In this document: in pieces, positions 43,270-59,400 of the stretch
Position numbering within the stretch: position 1 is the first letter of the stretch
Layout: every line of letters starts with the position of its first letter
Source of the DNA: Eledone cirrhosa
Taxonomy: Eukaryota
Direction of reading: 5' to 3'
Assembly (NCBI GenBank): GCA_964016885.1
Contig: OZ024747.1
Span: forward strand, 43,958,001 to 44,022,000
DNA length: 64,000 bases
Notes under the pieces: model-generated
Database searches by the model: none
What the model saw: the letters and a program-made list of their open reading frames with translations, nothing else
Told to the model about the DNA's origin: nothing
Program-made: the position numbers and the translations under genes

Positions 43270-43941
43270 TTATTATTATTATTATTATTAATTATTGATT
43301 TTGTTGTTGCCGTTGCTGTTATTGTTGTTTGGTTTTTGATTTCGGGGGTTTTATATTCCTAATAATATGGATTAAGTTTCCTCCTAGCTAATATGGTGAT
43401 CTACCACCGTAAGTAGGGACCAAAATCTGGCAGCATCTATAACAGTCATTAAATAGTGTTGCTTTGCCATGTTAATATCATCAGACTTGTGTAAATGTAT
43501 GAGAATACGACTAAATCCAGGTATACACTATAACTAGCATTGTGGTGTATTACATGAAATGACGATTAACAATTCAAACACGTTTATAATAATAACAAAC
43601 AGACACGCACACAAACTCGCAGCTAGTAAAACTAGCAACTCAGACACACCATATATGCACATGAGCTTATACATTACACATTACAGGCATAACCACGTAA
43701 CACAAAATAAGAATATAATTAAAATGAAATAAAATGAGAAAAGACGAGAAATAAATTAACAAGCATACAAATTGATTAAACAAAATCAAAAAACAAATCC
43801 CATACAAATGTTCATTATTATCATTAAAAAATGTGTTTTAATTTTTTCCCCATCTAACTCTTAATGTTTAATGCTTTAAAAATAAAACAAAGAATGAAAG
43901 ATAATAAATAATTTAAAAGAATAATGAACGCTGTGCTGTTG

Positions 43942-44002
<61 letters not shown>

Positions 44003-44132
44003 CATTATTATTTCTTTGGTTCCTTGTTTTATGTCATAGTGTTTCATTAAAATACAAAAATCTAGAAGCTACTTTACTCACTGGGAAAGAATTGTCATAA
44101 AATATGCAAGGGGAAATAAGCAAGAGAGAGCA

Positions 44133-44201
<69 letters not shown>

Positions 44202-44600
44202 AACAAATAATATAACTCTACAAATTACCAACAGCAAAAACAAGGACGATTCTACATGGAAAATATAAAAAGAAAATAAGTGAAAAGAGAATCAACAACA
44301 AGGGAAGCACAAATGTAAAAGTACTTAAACCTAATTATTGCTATGGTCTCTTAAGAGGAATTAACCATGAATGGTAATAATATTGCTGACGTCTGTGTAT
44401 GTGTTGTTTGTGTATTTCATGCAATGTGTTTTTCTGTGTAGTGTAAGAAGTGTAAGTGTTGTACGTATTGTGTATATGTGTTGTACGTATTGTATGTGTG
44501 TGTGTGTGTGGTGTATATGTGCGTGTGTTGTTTGTATTGTGTGTGGTGTATATGTGTTAGTATATATATATGTATATGTGTGGTGTATATGTCGTATGTG

Positions 44601-44878
44601 AAGGCGCGTGGCTTAGTGGTTAGAGCAGTAGGCTTGCAATCGAGAGGTTGTGAGTTCAATTATCGGACCGGCTGATGTCCTTGAGCAAGACACTTTATGT
44701 CACGTTGCTCTAGTTTACTCAGCTGAAAATGAGTACCAGCAATAGCTGGAGGTTTAACCCTGCGATGGACTGGCGTCCTGTCCAGGGGGGAGTCTTGTAC
44801 TCTCAGTCGCTTCACGCCATGAAACCGGGATAAACACCGGCCAAATGAGCCTTCTGGCTTAAGACAGACTTTAGACTT
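44601..44878 (+). mobile_element. tRNA-derived SINE with a CORE-like domain and a LINE-derived tail
   Basis: A box TGGCTTAGTGG, B-box-like GAGTTCAATT, CORE-like TGTCCTTGAGCAAGACACTTTA, and tail AACCCTGCGATGGACTGGCGTCC...GAAACCGGGATAA ending in (AGACTTT)2. Confidence 0.8.
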
Positions 44879-44880
44879 TT

Positions 44881-45590
44881 TATATATGTAGTATATATGT
44901 AGTATATATGCAGTATATATGTATATATGTAGTATATATGTAGTATATATGTATATATGTAGTATATATGTATATATGTAGTATCTATGTAGTATATATG
45001 TATATATGTAGTATATATGTATATATGTAGTATATATGTATATATGTAGTATATATGTATATATGTAGTATATATGTATATATGTAGTATATATGTGGTA
45101 TATATGTGGTATATATGTATATATGTATTATATATGTAGTATGTAGTATATATGTATATATGTATATATGTATATATGTATATATGTAGTATATAAGTGG
45201 TATATATGTGGTATATATGTGTATATGTAGTATATATGTAGTATATATGTAGTATATATAGTATATATGTAGTATATATATCTAGTACATATGTATATAT
45301 GTAGTATATATAGTATATATGTAGTATATATATGTAGTATATATGTATATATGTAGTATATATATGTAGTATATATGTAGTATATATGTATATATGTACT
45401 AAATATGTAGTATATATGTAGTATATAGGTTGTATATATGTATATATGTAGTATATATGTAGTATATATGTACTATATATATAGTATATATATGTAGTAT
45501 ATATGTATATATGTACTATATATGTAGTATATATGTAGTATATATGTAGTATATATGTAGTATATATGTAGTATATATGTATTATATATG
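44881..45590. repeat. Compound minisatellite of TATATATGTAG and TATATATG units
   Basis: Directly visible. Confidence 0.9.
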
Positions 45591-46239
45591 TATATATGTT
45601 GTATGTATTGCATGGGGTGTATATGTAGACTGTTTCGTGTGTAGTGTGTGTGCGTGTGTATGTTTATATATATATATGTGTATGTTTATATATATATCTA
45701 TGTATGTTTATATATATATATGTGTGTATGTTTATATATATATATATATATGTGTATGTTTATATATATATATGTGTATGTTTATATATATAAATGTGTA
45801 TGTTTATATATATGTGTATGTTGATATATATATATATGTGTATGTTTATATATATATATATGTGTATGTTTATATATATATATATATATATGTGTGTGGT
45901 GTTTAAAGTTTGATTTTTTTTTTCTCCTTTTCTCCTTGTTTTCGTTGTAGCATTACATTTTTTTATCTTGCATTTATTGTGGGAAACTATAATAACAAGC
46001 ATTCGAAAAACAGCATGTGTGTGTGCGCGGGTATGTGTGTGCGCGGGGGTGTGTGTGCGCGGGTGTGTGTGTGCGCAGGTGGGTGTGTGTGTGTGTGTGT
46101 ATGTGTGTGTGTGTGTGGATGGATGGATAGATAGATAGTTAGATTTTACAGGTAAACAGATACATGACACCATAGTTGTATATGTATGTGTATCCGTCCT
46201 TACACACAGGTCCTAACATATGTATGCACAGGTATATGC

Positions 46240-48800
<2,561 letters not shown>

Positions 48801-49897
48801 TTTATTGATATATTGATATCTGTTCTCTATTTATGCTTGAACGATAATCATGTAGAGTAAAGACATGAATAGTATTGTTAAAATTAATGTAGACTCTATA
48901 TATATTTGTGTGTATGTACACATATATGTATACTTAAATTTTTATAGCACAATGAGAATGTTTTCGTGTGAAATAGGAATTTGCAGAGCTGATCACGTAA
49001 ATGCACATGGATGTATATAGTATAAAATCTGGGATAACCTTCTATTTTAACTCAACTCTAATATAAACCTAGGAATTTTAAACTAGACATATGATCATTA
49101 TTTTTCACACATTATTGATACGTATCTCATTCATGAATACTGATATTTACATTATAATGCCTGTTTTATACGAATTGATATTTTTACATTGATGAAACAT
49201 AGTGTTTTAATTCTGCCTCGTTTTTGTCTGGATATTTTTCTTTTCTCTCTATGTAACGGCTGTTTTCTCTCTTAACCACATATATCTCTCTCTACATTAA
49301 TACTAGAGCTAAATAAATAAATAAATAAATAAATATATCATTGATACGTCATTCAACTGGTGCCCAACTACCTAGTTTCTTTCTCTCTATCTCTCTCTAT
49401 ATTTTCTCTCTCTCTCGCTCTCTTCTCTTCTCTCTCTCTCTCTCTATCTTTCTCCCTCTGTGTTTTTTCCCCTCTCTATATATCTCTCTCTGTTTCTTTA
49501 CATGAATTTCTTCTATATATCTATCTCTCTATATTTATCTCTCTTTATTTAGTTGCATGCATTTCTTCTTTTTCTTCGTTTTTCTTTCTTTCTTTTTATA
49601 ACTGTCCCTAATATTTTTTCACTACCAAATCAACTTTTCAAATAGAAGTCGAAGTTGAAAGGTATGTCGAATCTATCTATTTATAAGACTGTTTATATTG
49701 TATTTTGTCTGAAGAAGGCATAACATATTTTTAATATGATATCCCTAAAATATATATAATAGAAATAAATATGGTTTTATAAATATAGTTTCCATTTATT
49801 TAATATCGTAAATATACTCCAAATACTTGTTGAATGCTTTTATATCAGTTATAAATATTTACTCGTTGTTAACCCAACAATTTAAATAAAACTTTGC

Positions 49898-49932
<35 letters not shown>

Positions 49933-49943
49933 CATAATTATAC

Positions 49944-49991
<48 letters not shown>

Positions 49992-50005
49992 ATATATATA
50001 TATAC

Positions 50006-50090
<85 letters not shown>

Positions 50091-50140
50091 AGTATGTATG
50101 TATACGTACATACATATATGTATACAGACGTACAGTAGCA

Positions 50141-50199
<59 letters not shown>

Positions 50200-50365
50200 G
50201 TACACATACATATATGCACGTATCAGTTTAGCGGACGCTTATTATAACGCCCGCTTTGTTCGTTTGTAAACAAACTGAACAGCCTGAATTTATGCCGTAC
50301 ATACATTTAAGTAAGTCCCGTATTAAGAGTGAGAAATGAAATTTCGTTTTCATTTTATTACAACT

Positions 50366-50417
<52 letters not shown>

Positions 50418-50453
50418 CAAATATATATGTATATATATATATATATATATACT

Positions 50454-50499
<46 letters not shown>

Positions 50500-50537
50500 T
50501 ATATAAGTATATATATATATATACATATATATATGTG

Positions 50538-50589
<52 letters not shown>

Positions 50590-50621
50590 CACATATATAT
50601 ATGTATATATATATATATACT

Positions 50622-50711
<90 letters not shown>

Positions 50712-50769
50712 TTATATATATATATACATATACATATATATATATACATATACATATATATATATATAC

Positions 50770-50804
<35 letters not shown>

Positions 50805-50805
50805 C

Positions 50806-50938
<133 letters not shown>

Positions 50939-51139
50939 TATGTATGTATACACTATCTGGTAAAGATTGCCTGTTTTTTATTTGTTATACATATCTATTT
51001 TTGTGCATTTTGTTTTTGGGTAAATTATTGTAGCTACTGAAAAATTCTCAACAGATCAAAATTTACGTTTTTTCACTCCAAGAACAAGTAACAGAATAAA
51101 TACCGAAACCATCAGATAACAGGCTGAATTTTATAGACT

Positions 51140-53870
51140 GCTACAACATAAACAGCAGCAATATCAACAACAGCAACAAAAACAGCAGCAGCAACATCAA
51201 CAACAGCAACATCAACAGCAGCAGCAACATCAACAACAGCAACAAAAACAGCAGCAGCAACATCAACAACAACAAAAACAGCAGCAGCAAGATCAATAAC
51301 AGCAACAATAACACAGCAGCAACATCAACAACAGCAACAAAAACAGCAGCAGCAACATCAACAACAGCAACAAAAACAATAGCTGCAACATCATCAACAG
51401 CAACAAAAACAGCAGTAGCAACATCAACAACAGCAACAAAAACAGCAGCAGCAACATCAACAACAGCAACAACAGCAACAAAAACAGCAGCAGCAACATC
51501 AACAACAGCAACAACGACAACAGCGGCAACATCAACAACAGCAACAAAAACAGCACCAGCAACATCAACAACAGTAACAAAAACAACAGCAGCAACATCA
51601 ACAACAGCAACAAAAATAGCAGCAGCAACATCAACAACAGCAACAAAAACAACAGCAGCAACATCAACAACAGTAACAAAAACAACAGCAGCAACATCAA
51701 CAACAGCAACAAAAACAACAGCAGCAACATCAACAACAGCAACAAAAACAGCAGCAGCAACATCAACAACAGCAACAACGACAACAGCGGCAACATCAAC
51801 AACAGCAACAAAAACAGCAGCAGCAACATCAACAACAACAAAAACAGCAGCAGCAACATCAACAACAGCAACAAAAACAGCAGCAGCAACATCAACAACA
51901 GCAACAAAAACAGCAGCAGCAACATCAACAACAGTAACAAAAACAGCAGCAGCAACATCAACAACAGCAACAAAAACAGCAGCAGCAACATCAACAACAG
52001 TAACAAAAACAACAGCAGCAACATCAACAACAACAACAAAAACACAGCAGCAGCAACATCAACAACAGCAACAAAAACAGCAGCAGCAACATCAACAACA
52101 GCAACAAAAACAGCAGCAGCAACATCAACAACAGCAACAAAAACAACAGCAGCAACATCAACAACAGTAACAAAAACAACAGCAGCAACATCAACAACAA
52201 AAACAGCAGCAGCAACATCAACAACAGCAGCAACATCAACAACAGTAACAAAAACACCAGCAGCAACATCATCAACAGCAACAACAACAGCAGCAACATC
52301 AACAACAATAACAAAAACAGCAGCAGCAACATCATCAACAGCAACAACAACAGCAGCAGCAACATCAACAACAATAACAAAAACAGCAGCCGCAACACCA
52401 TCAATAGCAACAACAACAGCAGCAGCAACATCAACAACAACAACAAAAACAGCAGCAGCAACATCAACAACAGCAACAAAAACAGCAGCAGCAACATCAA
52501 CAACAGCAACAAAAACAGCAGCAGCAACATCAGCAAAAGCCATAAAAACAGCAGCAGCAACATCAACAACAGCAACAACAAAAACTGCAGCAGCAACATC
52601 AACAAAAACAAAAAGTGCAGCAGCAACATCAACAACAGCAACAAAACAGCAGCAGCAATATCATCAACAGAAACAAAAACAGCAGCAGAAGCATCAACAA
52701 CAGCAACAAAAACAGCAGCAGCAAGATCAATAACAACAACAACAACAACAACAGCAGCAGAAGCAACAGCAGCAACAAAAACTGCAGCAGCAACATCAAC
52801 AACAGCAACAACACACATCAGCAACACCATCAATAGCAACAAAAACAGCAGCAGCAAGATCAATAACAACAACAACAACAACAGCAGCAACATCAACAAC
52901 AGTAACAAAAACAGCAGCAGCACTATCATCAACAGCAACAACAACAACTGCTACAACATCATAAACAGCAACAACAACACCAGCAGCAGCAACACCATCA
53001 ATAGCAACAACATCTACAGCAACAATAACAACATCAACAACAACAACAAAAACAGCAGCAGCAATATCAACAACAGCAACAACAACAACAGCAGCAACAT
53101 CAACAACAACAACAACAAAAACAGCAGCAGCAACATCAACAACAGCAACAACAACAACAACAGCAGTAACATCACCAACAGCAACCAAAACAGCAGCAGC
53201 AATATCATCAACAGCAACAAAAACAGCAGCAGCAACATCAACAACAGCAACAAAAACAGCAGCAGCTATATCAACAACAGCAACAAAAACATCAGCAGCA
53301 ACATCAACAACAACAACAACAACAACAGCTGCAACATCAACAACAGCAACAAAAACAGCAGCAGCTGCAACATCAACAACAACAACAAAAACACCAGCAG
53401 CAACATCAACAACAACAACAACAACAAAGCAGCAACATCAGCAACAGCAACCAAAACAGCAGCAGCAATATCATCAACAGAAACAAAAACAGCAGCAGAA
53501 GCATCAACAACAGCAACAAAAACAGCAGCAGCAAGATCAATAACAGCAACAACAACAACAGCAACATCAACAACAACAACAAAAACAGCAGCAGCAACAT
53601 CAACAACAGCAACAACAACAAATACAACAGCAGCAACATCAACAACAGCAACAACAACAACAGCAGCAACATCAACAACAGCAACAACAACAACAGCAAC
53701 AACATCAACAACAACAACAAATACAACAGCAGCAACATCAACAACAGCAACAACAACAACAGCAGCAACATCAACAACAGCAACAACAACAACAGCAACA
53801 ACATCAACAACAACAACAAATACAACAGCAGCAACATCACAACAGCAACAACAACAACAGCAGCAGCATC
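51140..53870. repeat. ~2.7-kb CAA/CAG-derived minisatellite, modal unit 33 bp (ACAGCAGCAGCAACATCAACAACAGCAACAAAA)
   Basis: Directly visible imperfect tandem array with 3n-nt length variants and occasional frame-breaking indels. Confidence 0.9.
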
Positions 53871-54232
53871 AACAACAATGGCATCAATAATAACGACATC
53901 AACAAACCCCTGCCATCGCCATATTAACGGCAACAACAATATGATGACTTAAAGAATAACCTGTTCTAAGTATTTACAGCTTTTAACATTCAACCTGTGT
54001 TCAAGTACTCGTCATTTTTTTATTAATTCCGCCATTGCAACAACAACAACAGCAGCAGCATCAACAACAATGGCATCAATAATAACGACATCAACAAACC
54101 CCTGCCATCGCCATATTAACGGCAACAACAATATGATGACTTAAAGAATAACCTGTTCTAAGTATTTACAGCTTTTAACATTCAACCTGTGTTCAAGTAC
54201 TCGTCATTTTTTTATTAATTCCGCCATTGCAA
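53847..54232 (+). repeat. 192-bp tandem duplication
   Basis: gcatcaacaacaatgg starts at 53866 and again at 54058. The copies look identical through ccgccattgcaa. Confidence 0.9.
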
Positions 54233-54264
54233 TTATTATTATTGTTGTTGTTATTACTATTATT

Positions 54265-54465
54265 GAGGTTACATTTGCCCTTCATCCTTACGGGGTCGAT
54301 AAAATAAGTACCAGTAATACATTGGGTCGATGTAATAGACTTTCCCACCAACCTCTTTCATATTGTTGGCCTTGTGCCTAAAGTAGAAACATTTATTATC
54401 AAAGCAGAAGTAATGTACTGGGTCGATTTAATCGACTTTCCCTCCCCCAAATTACTGGCCTTGTT
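54265..54465 (+). mobile_element. 5'-truncated tRNA-SINE copy with a duplicated 3' part
   Basis: GAGGTTACATTTGCCCTTCATCCTTACGGGGTCGATAAAATAAGTACCAG. Confidence 0.7.
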
Positions 54466-54798
54466 CCATCCGTATTGCATTCCATATCTTTTATACGTAC
54501 TTCTCAATATCTTTACTTACTGTTCCTAAGACTCCTAATGGTAATAGAGATAAGTTATAAAACTGAGTGTTAGAATAATAAAGCTGTGTGCCACCGATTA
54601 TCCTCGTAGTCTGATACTGCCGGTAACTAGCTGAAGAAAAGTCAAAGATTATATGTGTATATGCGTGTGTGTTACATATAAATGTGTGTGTGTAACAGAA
54701 AGGTTGAGAAGAAGAAGAAGAAGAAGAAGAAGGAGGAGGAGGAGGAGGAGGAGGAGGAGGAGGAGGAGGAGAAGAAGAAGAAGAAGAAGAAGAAGAAG

Positions 54799-54829
<31 letters not shown>

Positions 54830-55804
54830 TGGCTGGCCATGGTTGTAATAAAGCGTGTTTGGTGGGAAGTAGTAAAGGACAGACAGATGTAGAATTTAAA
54901 TAAAATCCCAAATACCAAATACATTTAGAACCATCTCAGCATGAGAAATCTAATCGAAGTTCAGCGCTTACACATTTATCTTTTCTCAAAGAGATATTCC
55001 TTATTGAAATTTTCAATGTCCTATCCTGTTTGTCATATATAAACAAAACAGCCGTATAATGAAAATAGTGATGTAGTTGAATGCAAACATCAGGATGCAG
55101 TATAAACATCAATCTCAACTAAAGGGCTTGATATTTTTACTATCTGCGCGAACAGTAGGACTAAATGTTTATTATAATATTAACATCTTCAGCTTGATAT
55201 ATATATAACAAAGACATCACTCTTCTGAATTTTACTAGAATCTGTAAATTGTATAAGAAAAAGGGATAATAGTAAATATATTTATTATTATTATTATTAT
55301 TATTTTGTGTTTTTCTTTTTCATTCAGTTTTGTTTCCATTTCTTGCCAAGTGTCTTCCTGACACCTAGGCCAGAGAAACTCACAACATACATTGGTAAGC
55401 CTCAAAATAAACACATCAGATTGTTCACATCATGCACTTTACAAAGTTTCACAGTTAAATGTACAGATTATCTGTTTAAAATCATATTCCCTGACTTTAT
55501 AATTATGTGTCAATTCAGTTTCTATTTTTGAATTTGTTGGCTTCCTTAAAGTTAGAAAACAACGTTTAGCTTTCGTCATGTTTCGTAGTTATTTGTATTC
55601 ACTTTCCCTTGTCCTTCATGAGATATGTTTTAATCTTGTGGTGACTATTTTATAATAGTCTTCTAGTTGCATAAAGCCTAGCAATTTGAGGGAAGAAAAA
55701 TTCGATTATATCGACCACTGTGCTTCACTGGTATTTACCGACCCTTGAACAAATATAATGATTTTCCTTATCCACCACCTTCAAATTTTAACATAGACAC
55801 AGCT

Positions 55805-55930
55805 TAAAACTTGAGGGATAGAGTTAGTCGATGAAAATCACCCTCAGTACTTGACTAGAACTTAATTTTATCGACCTCAAAAGGATGAAAAGAAAGATTA
55901 ATTTCGATTGGATTTGAAACCAGAACTTAA
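55805..55930 (-). mobile_element. Diverged tRNA-SINE copy
   Basis: The reverse complement contains TTTCAAATCC..TTTTCATCCTTTTGAGGTCGATAAAATTAAG. Confidence 0.55.
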
Positions 55931-56409
55931 AACTAAAATGCATGCTGCACATTTTATAATGGTTAATAATTTAAACCTTTGGCATTTAAACTGTCTGTCT
56001 CCGGCCAGAATTCTCTCATCTCTTTCTGTTCAAACCTGCCATGACTAGCCACTCATACTGATGTTAAGGTATTGTTCTCAAAATAAATAATATCAAAATC
56101 TCATAGATTCGATATTGTGTGAGATAATTATGTGAGATAAAACCTTTACCTCAAAAATACAATAGTATATAGAGAGTAATGTAAATGCTAAAGGATTAAA
56201 TATAAGATCAGTATTTTGGGGAGACATATCAAGCCCAATACCTTTACCGACCACAGAAAGGAATAATTCTTGCATGGAAATATCTGATAAAGTAAATGCT
56301 TTAAAATAATTTTAAAAATGTGGTAAAATATGAAAACATTAAAACAAATTATATATACGACGGTATGAATAGGAGTGTAGGCGTCATATAACAGGAAAAA
56401 CCGGCTGAT

Positions 56410-59400
56410 GGGGTGTGATGTAGTGTGGTGAGGTGTGGTATGTTGTAGTGTGAGGAGTTGTAGTGTAATATAGTGTGGTGTAGGGTAGTGCAGTGTGATG
56501 TAGTGTGGTGTAGTGTGGTGTAGTGCAGTGTGATGTAGTGTGGTGAGGTGTAGTGCAGTGTGATGTAGTGTAGTTTGGTGTGGTATGTTGTAGTGTGAGG
56601 AGTTGTAGTGTAATATAGTGTGGTGTAGGGTAGTGCAGTGTGATGTAGTGTGGTGAGGTGTGGTATGTTGTAGTGCGAGGAGTTGTAGTGTAATATAGTG
56701 TGGTGTAGGGTAGTGCAGTGTAATGTCGTGTGGTGAGGTGTGGTATGTTGTAGTGCGAGGAGTTGTAGTGTAATATAGTGTGGTGTAGGGTAATGCAGTG
56801 TGATGTAGTGTGGTGAGGTGTGTTATGTTGTAGTGTGAGGAGTTGTAGTGTAGTGTAATATAGTGTGGTGTAGGGTAGTGCAGTGTAATGTCGTGTGGTG
56901 AGGTGTGGTATGTTGTAGTGTGAGGAGTTGTAGTGTAATATAGTGTGGTGTAGGGTAATGCGGTGTGATGTAGTGTGGTGAGGTGTGGTATGTTGTAGTG
57001 CGAGGAGTTGTAGTGTAGTGTAATATAGTGTGGTGTAGGGTAATGCAGTGTGATGTAGTGTGGTGAGGTGTGGTATGTTGTAGTGTGAGGAGTTGTAGTG
57101 TAATATAGTGTGGTGTAGGGTAATGCGGTATGATGTAGTGTGGTGAGGTGTGGTATGTTGTAGTGTGAGGAGTTGTAGTGTAATATAGTGTGGTGTAGGG
57201 TAATGCAGTGTGATGTAGTGTGGTGAGGTGTGGTATGTTGTAGTGTGAGGAGTTGTAGTGTAATATAGTGTGGTGTAGGGTAATGCGGTATGATGTAGTG
57301 TGGTGAGGTGTGGTATGTTGTAGTGTGAGGAGTTGTAGTGTAATATAGTGTGGTGTAGGGTAATGCAGTGTGATGTAGTGTAGTTTGGTGTGGTATGTTG
57401 TAGTGTGAGGAGTTGTAGTGTAATATAGTGTGGTGTAGGGTAATGCAGTGTGATGTAGTGTGGTGAGGTGTGGTATGTTGTAGTGTGAGGAGTTGTAGTG
57501 TAATATAGTGTGGTGTAGGGTAATGCAGTGTGATGTAGTGTGGTGAGGTGTGGTATGTTGTAGTGTGAGGAGTTGTAGTGTAATATAGTGTGGTGTAGGG
57601 TAATGCGGTGTGATGTAGTGTGGTGAGGTGTGGTATGTTGTAGTGTGAGGAGTTGTAGTGTAATATAGTGTGGTGTAGGGTAATGCAGTGTGATGTAGTG
57701 TGGTGAGGTGTGGTATGTTGTAGTGTGAGGAGTTGTAGTGTAATATAGTGTGGTGTAGGGTAGTGCAGTGTGATGTAGTGTGGTGAGGTGTGGTATGTTG
57801 TAGTGTGAGGAGTTGTAGTGTAATATAGTGTGGTGTAGGGTAGTGCAGTGTGATGTAGTGTGGTGAGGTGTGGTATGTTGTAGTGTGAGGAGTTGTAGTG
57901 TAATATAGTGTGGTGTAGGGTAATGCAGTGTGATGTAGTGTGGTGAGGTGTGGTATGTTGTAGTGTGAGGAGTTGTAGTGTAATATAGTGTGGTGTAGGG
58001 TAGTGCAGTGTGATGTAGTGTGGTGAGGTGTGGTATGTTGTAGTGTGAGGAGTTGTAGTGTAATATAGTGTGGTGTAGGGTAGTGCAGTGTGATGTAGTG
58101 TGGTGAGGTGTGGTATGTTGTAGTGTGAGGAGTTGTAGTGTAATATAGTGTGGTGTAGGGTAGTGCAGTGTGATGTAGTGTGGTGAGGTGTGGTATGTTG
58201 TAGTGTGAGGAGTTGTAGTGTAATATAGTGTGGTGTAGGGTAGTGCAGTGTGATGTAGTGTGGTGAGGTGTGGTATGTTGTAGTGTGAGGAGTTGTAGTG
58301 TAATATAGTGTGGTGTAGGGTAATGCAGTGTGATGTAGTGTGGTGAGGTGTGGTATGTTGTAGTGTGAGGAGTTGTAGTGTAATATAGTGTGGTGTAGGG
58401 TAATGCAGTGTGATGTAGTGTGGTGAGGTGTGGTATGTTGTAGTGTGAGGAGTTGTAGTGTAATATAGTGTGGTGTAGGGTAGTGCAGTGTGATGTAGTG
58501 TGGTGAGGTGTGGTATGTTGTAGTGTGAGGAGTTGTAGTGTAATATAGTGTGGTGTAGGGTAGTGCGGTGTGATGTAGTGTGGTGAGGTGTGGTATGTTG
58601 TAGTGTGAGGAGTTGTAGTGTAATATAGTGTGGTGTAGGGTAGTGCAGTGTGATGTAGTGTGGTGAGGTGTGGTATGTTGTAGTGTGAGGAGTTGTAGTG
58701 TAATATAGTGTGGTGTAGGGTAGTGCGGTGTGATGTAGTGTGGTGAGGTGTGGTATGTTGTAGTGTGAGGAGTTGTAGTGTAGTGTAATATAGTGTGGTG
58801 TAGGGTAGTGCAGTGTGATGTAGTGTGGTGAGGTGTGGTATGTTGTAGTGTGAGGAGTTGTAGTGTAATATAGTGTGGTGTAGGGTAGTGCAGTGTGATG
58901 TAGTGTGGTGAGGTGTGGTATGTTGTAGTGTGAGGAGTTGTAGTGTAATATAGTGTGGTGTAGGGTAGTGCAGTGTGATGTAGTGTGGTGAGGTGTGGTA
59001 TGTTGTAGTGTGAGGAGTTGTAGTGTAATATAGTGTGGTGTAGGGTAGTGCAGTGTGATGTAGTGTGGTGAGGTGTGGTATGTTGTAGTGTGAGGAGTTG
59101 TAGTGTAATATAGTGTGGTGTAGGGTAATGCAGTGTGATGTAGTGTGGTGAGGTGTGGTATGTTGTAGTGTGAGGAGTTGTAGTGTAATATAGTGTGGTG
59201 TAGGGTAGTGCGGTGTGATGTAGTGTGGTGAGGTGTGGTATGTTGTAGTGTGAGGAGTTGTAGTGTAATATAGTGTGGTGTAGGGTAGTGCAGTGTGATG
59301 TAGTGTGGTGAGGTGTGGTATGTTGTAGTGTGAGGAGTTGTAGTGTAATATAGTGTGGTGTAGGGTAGTGCGGTGTGATGTAGTGTGGTGAGGTGTGGTA

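Noticed and set aside
44601-44670. Possible tRNA gene
   Set aside because: The acceptor and T stems are imperfect, and it continues into a CORE-like SINE body and tail.
49702-49770. Hammerhead-like CTGAAGA + long stem II
   Set aside because: It has AAAA instead of GAAA and AT-rich pairing could be chance; mentioned only as a degenerate candidate.
51293-53939. 416-aa and 307-aa hydrophobic Leu/Val/Ala ORFs that look like membrane proteins
   Set aside because: They are stop-poor frames of the CAA/CAG minisatellite, with frame switching mid-ORF.
54649-54924. Poly-R/K/E/L ORFs
   Set aside because: They come from a compound (AGA)n(GGA)n(AGA)n microsatellite.
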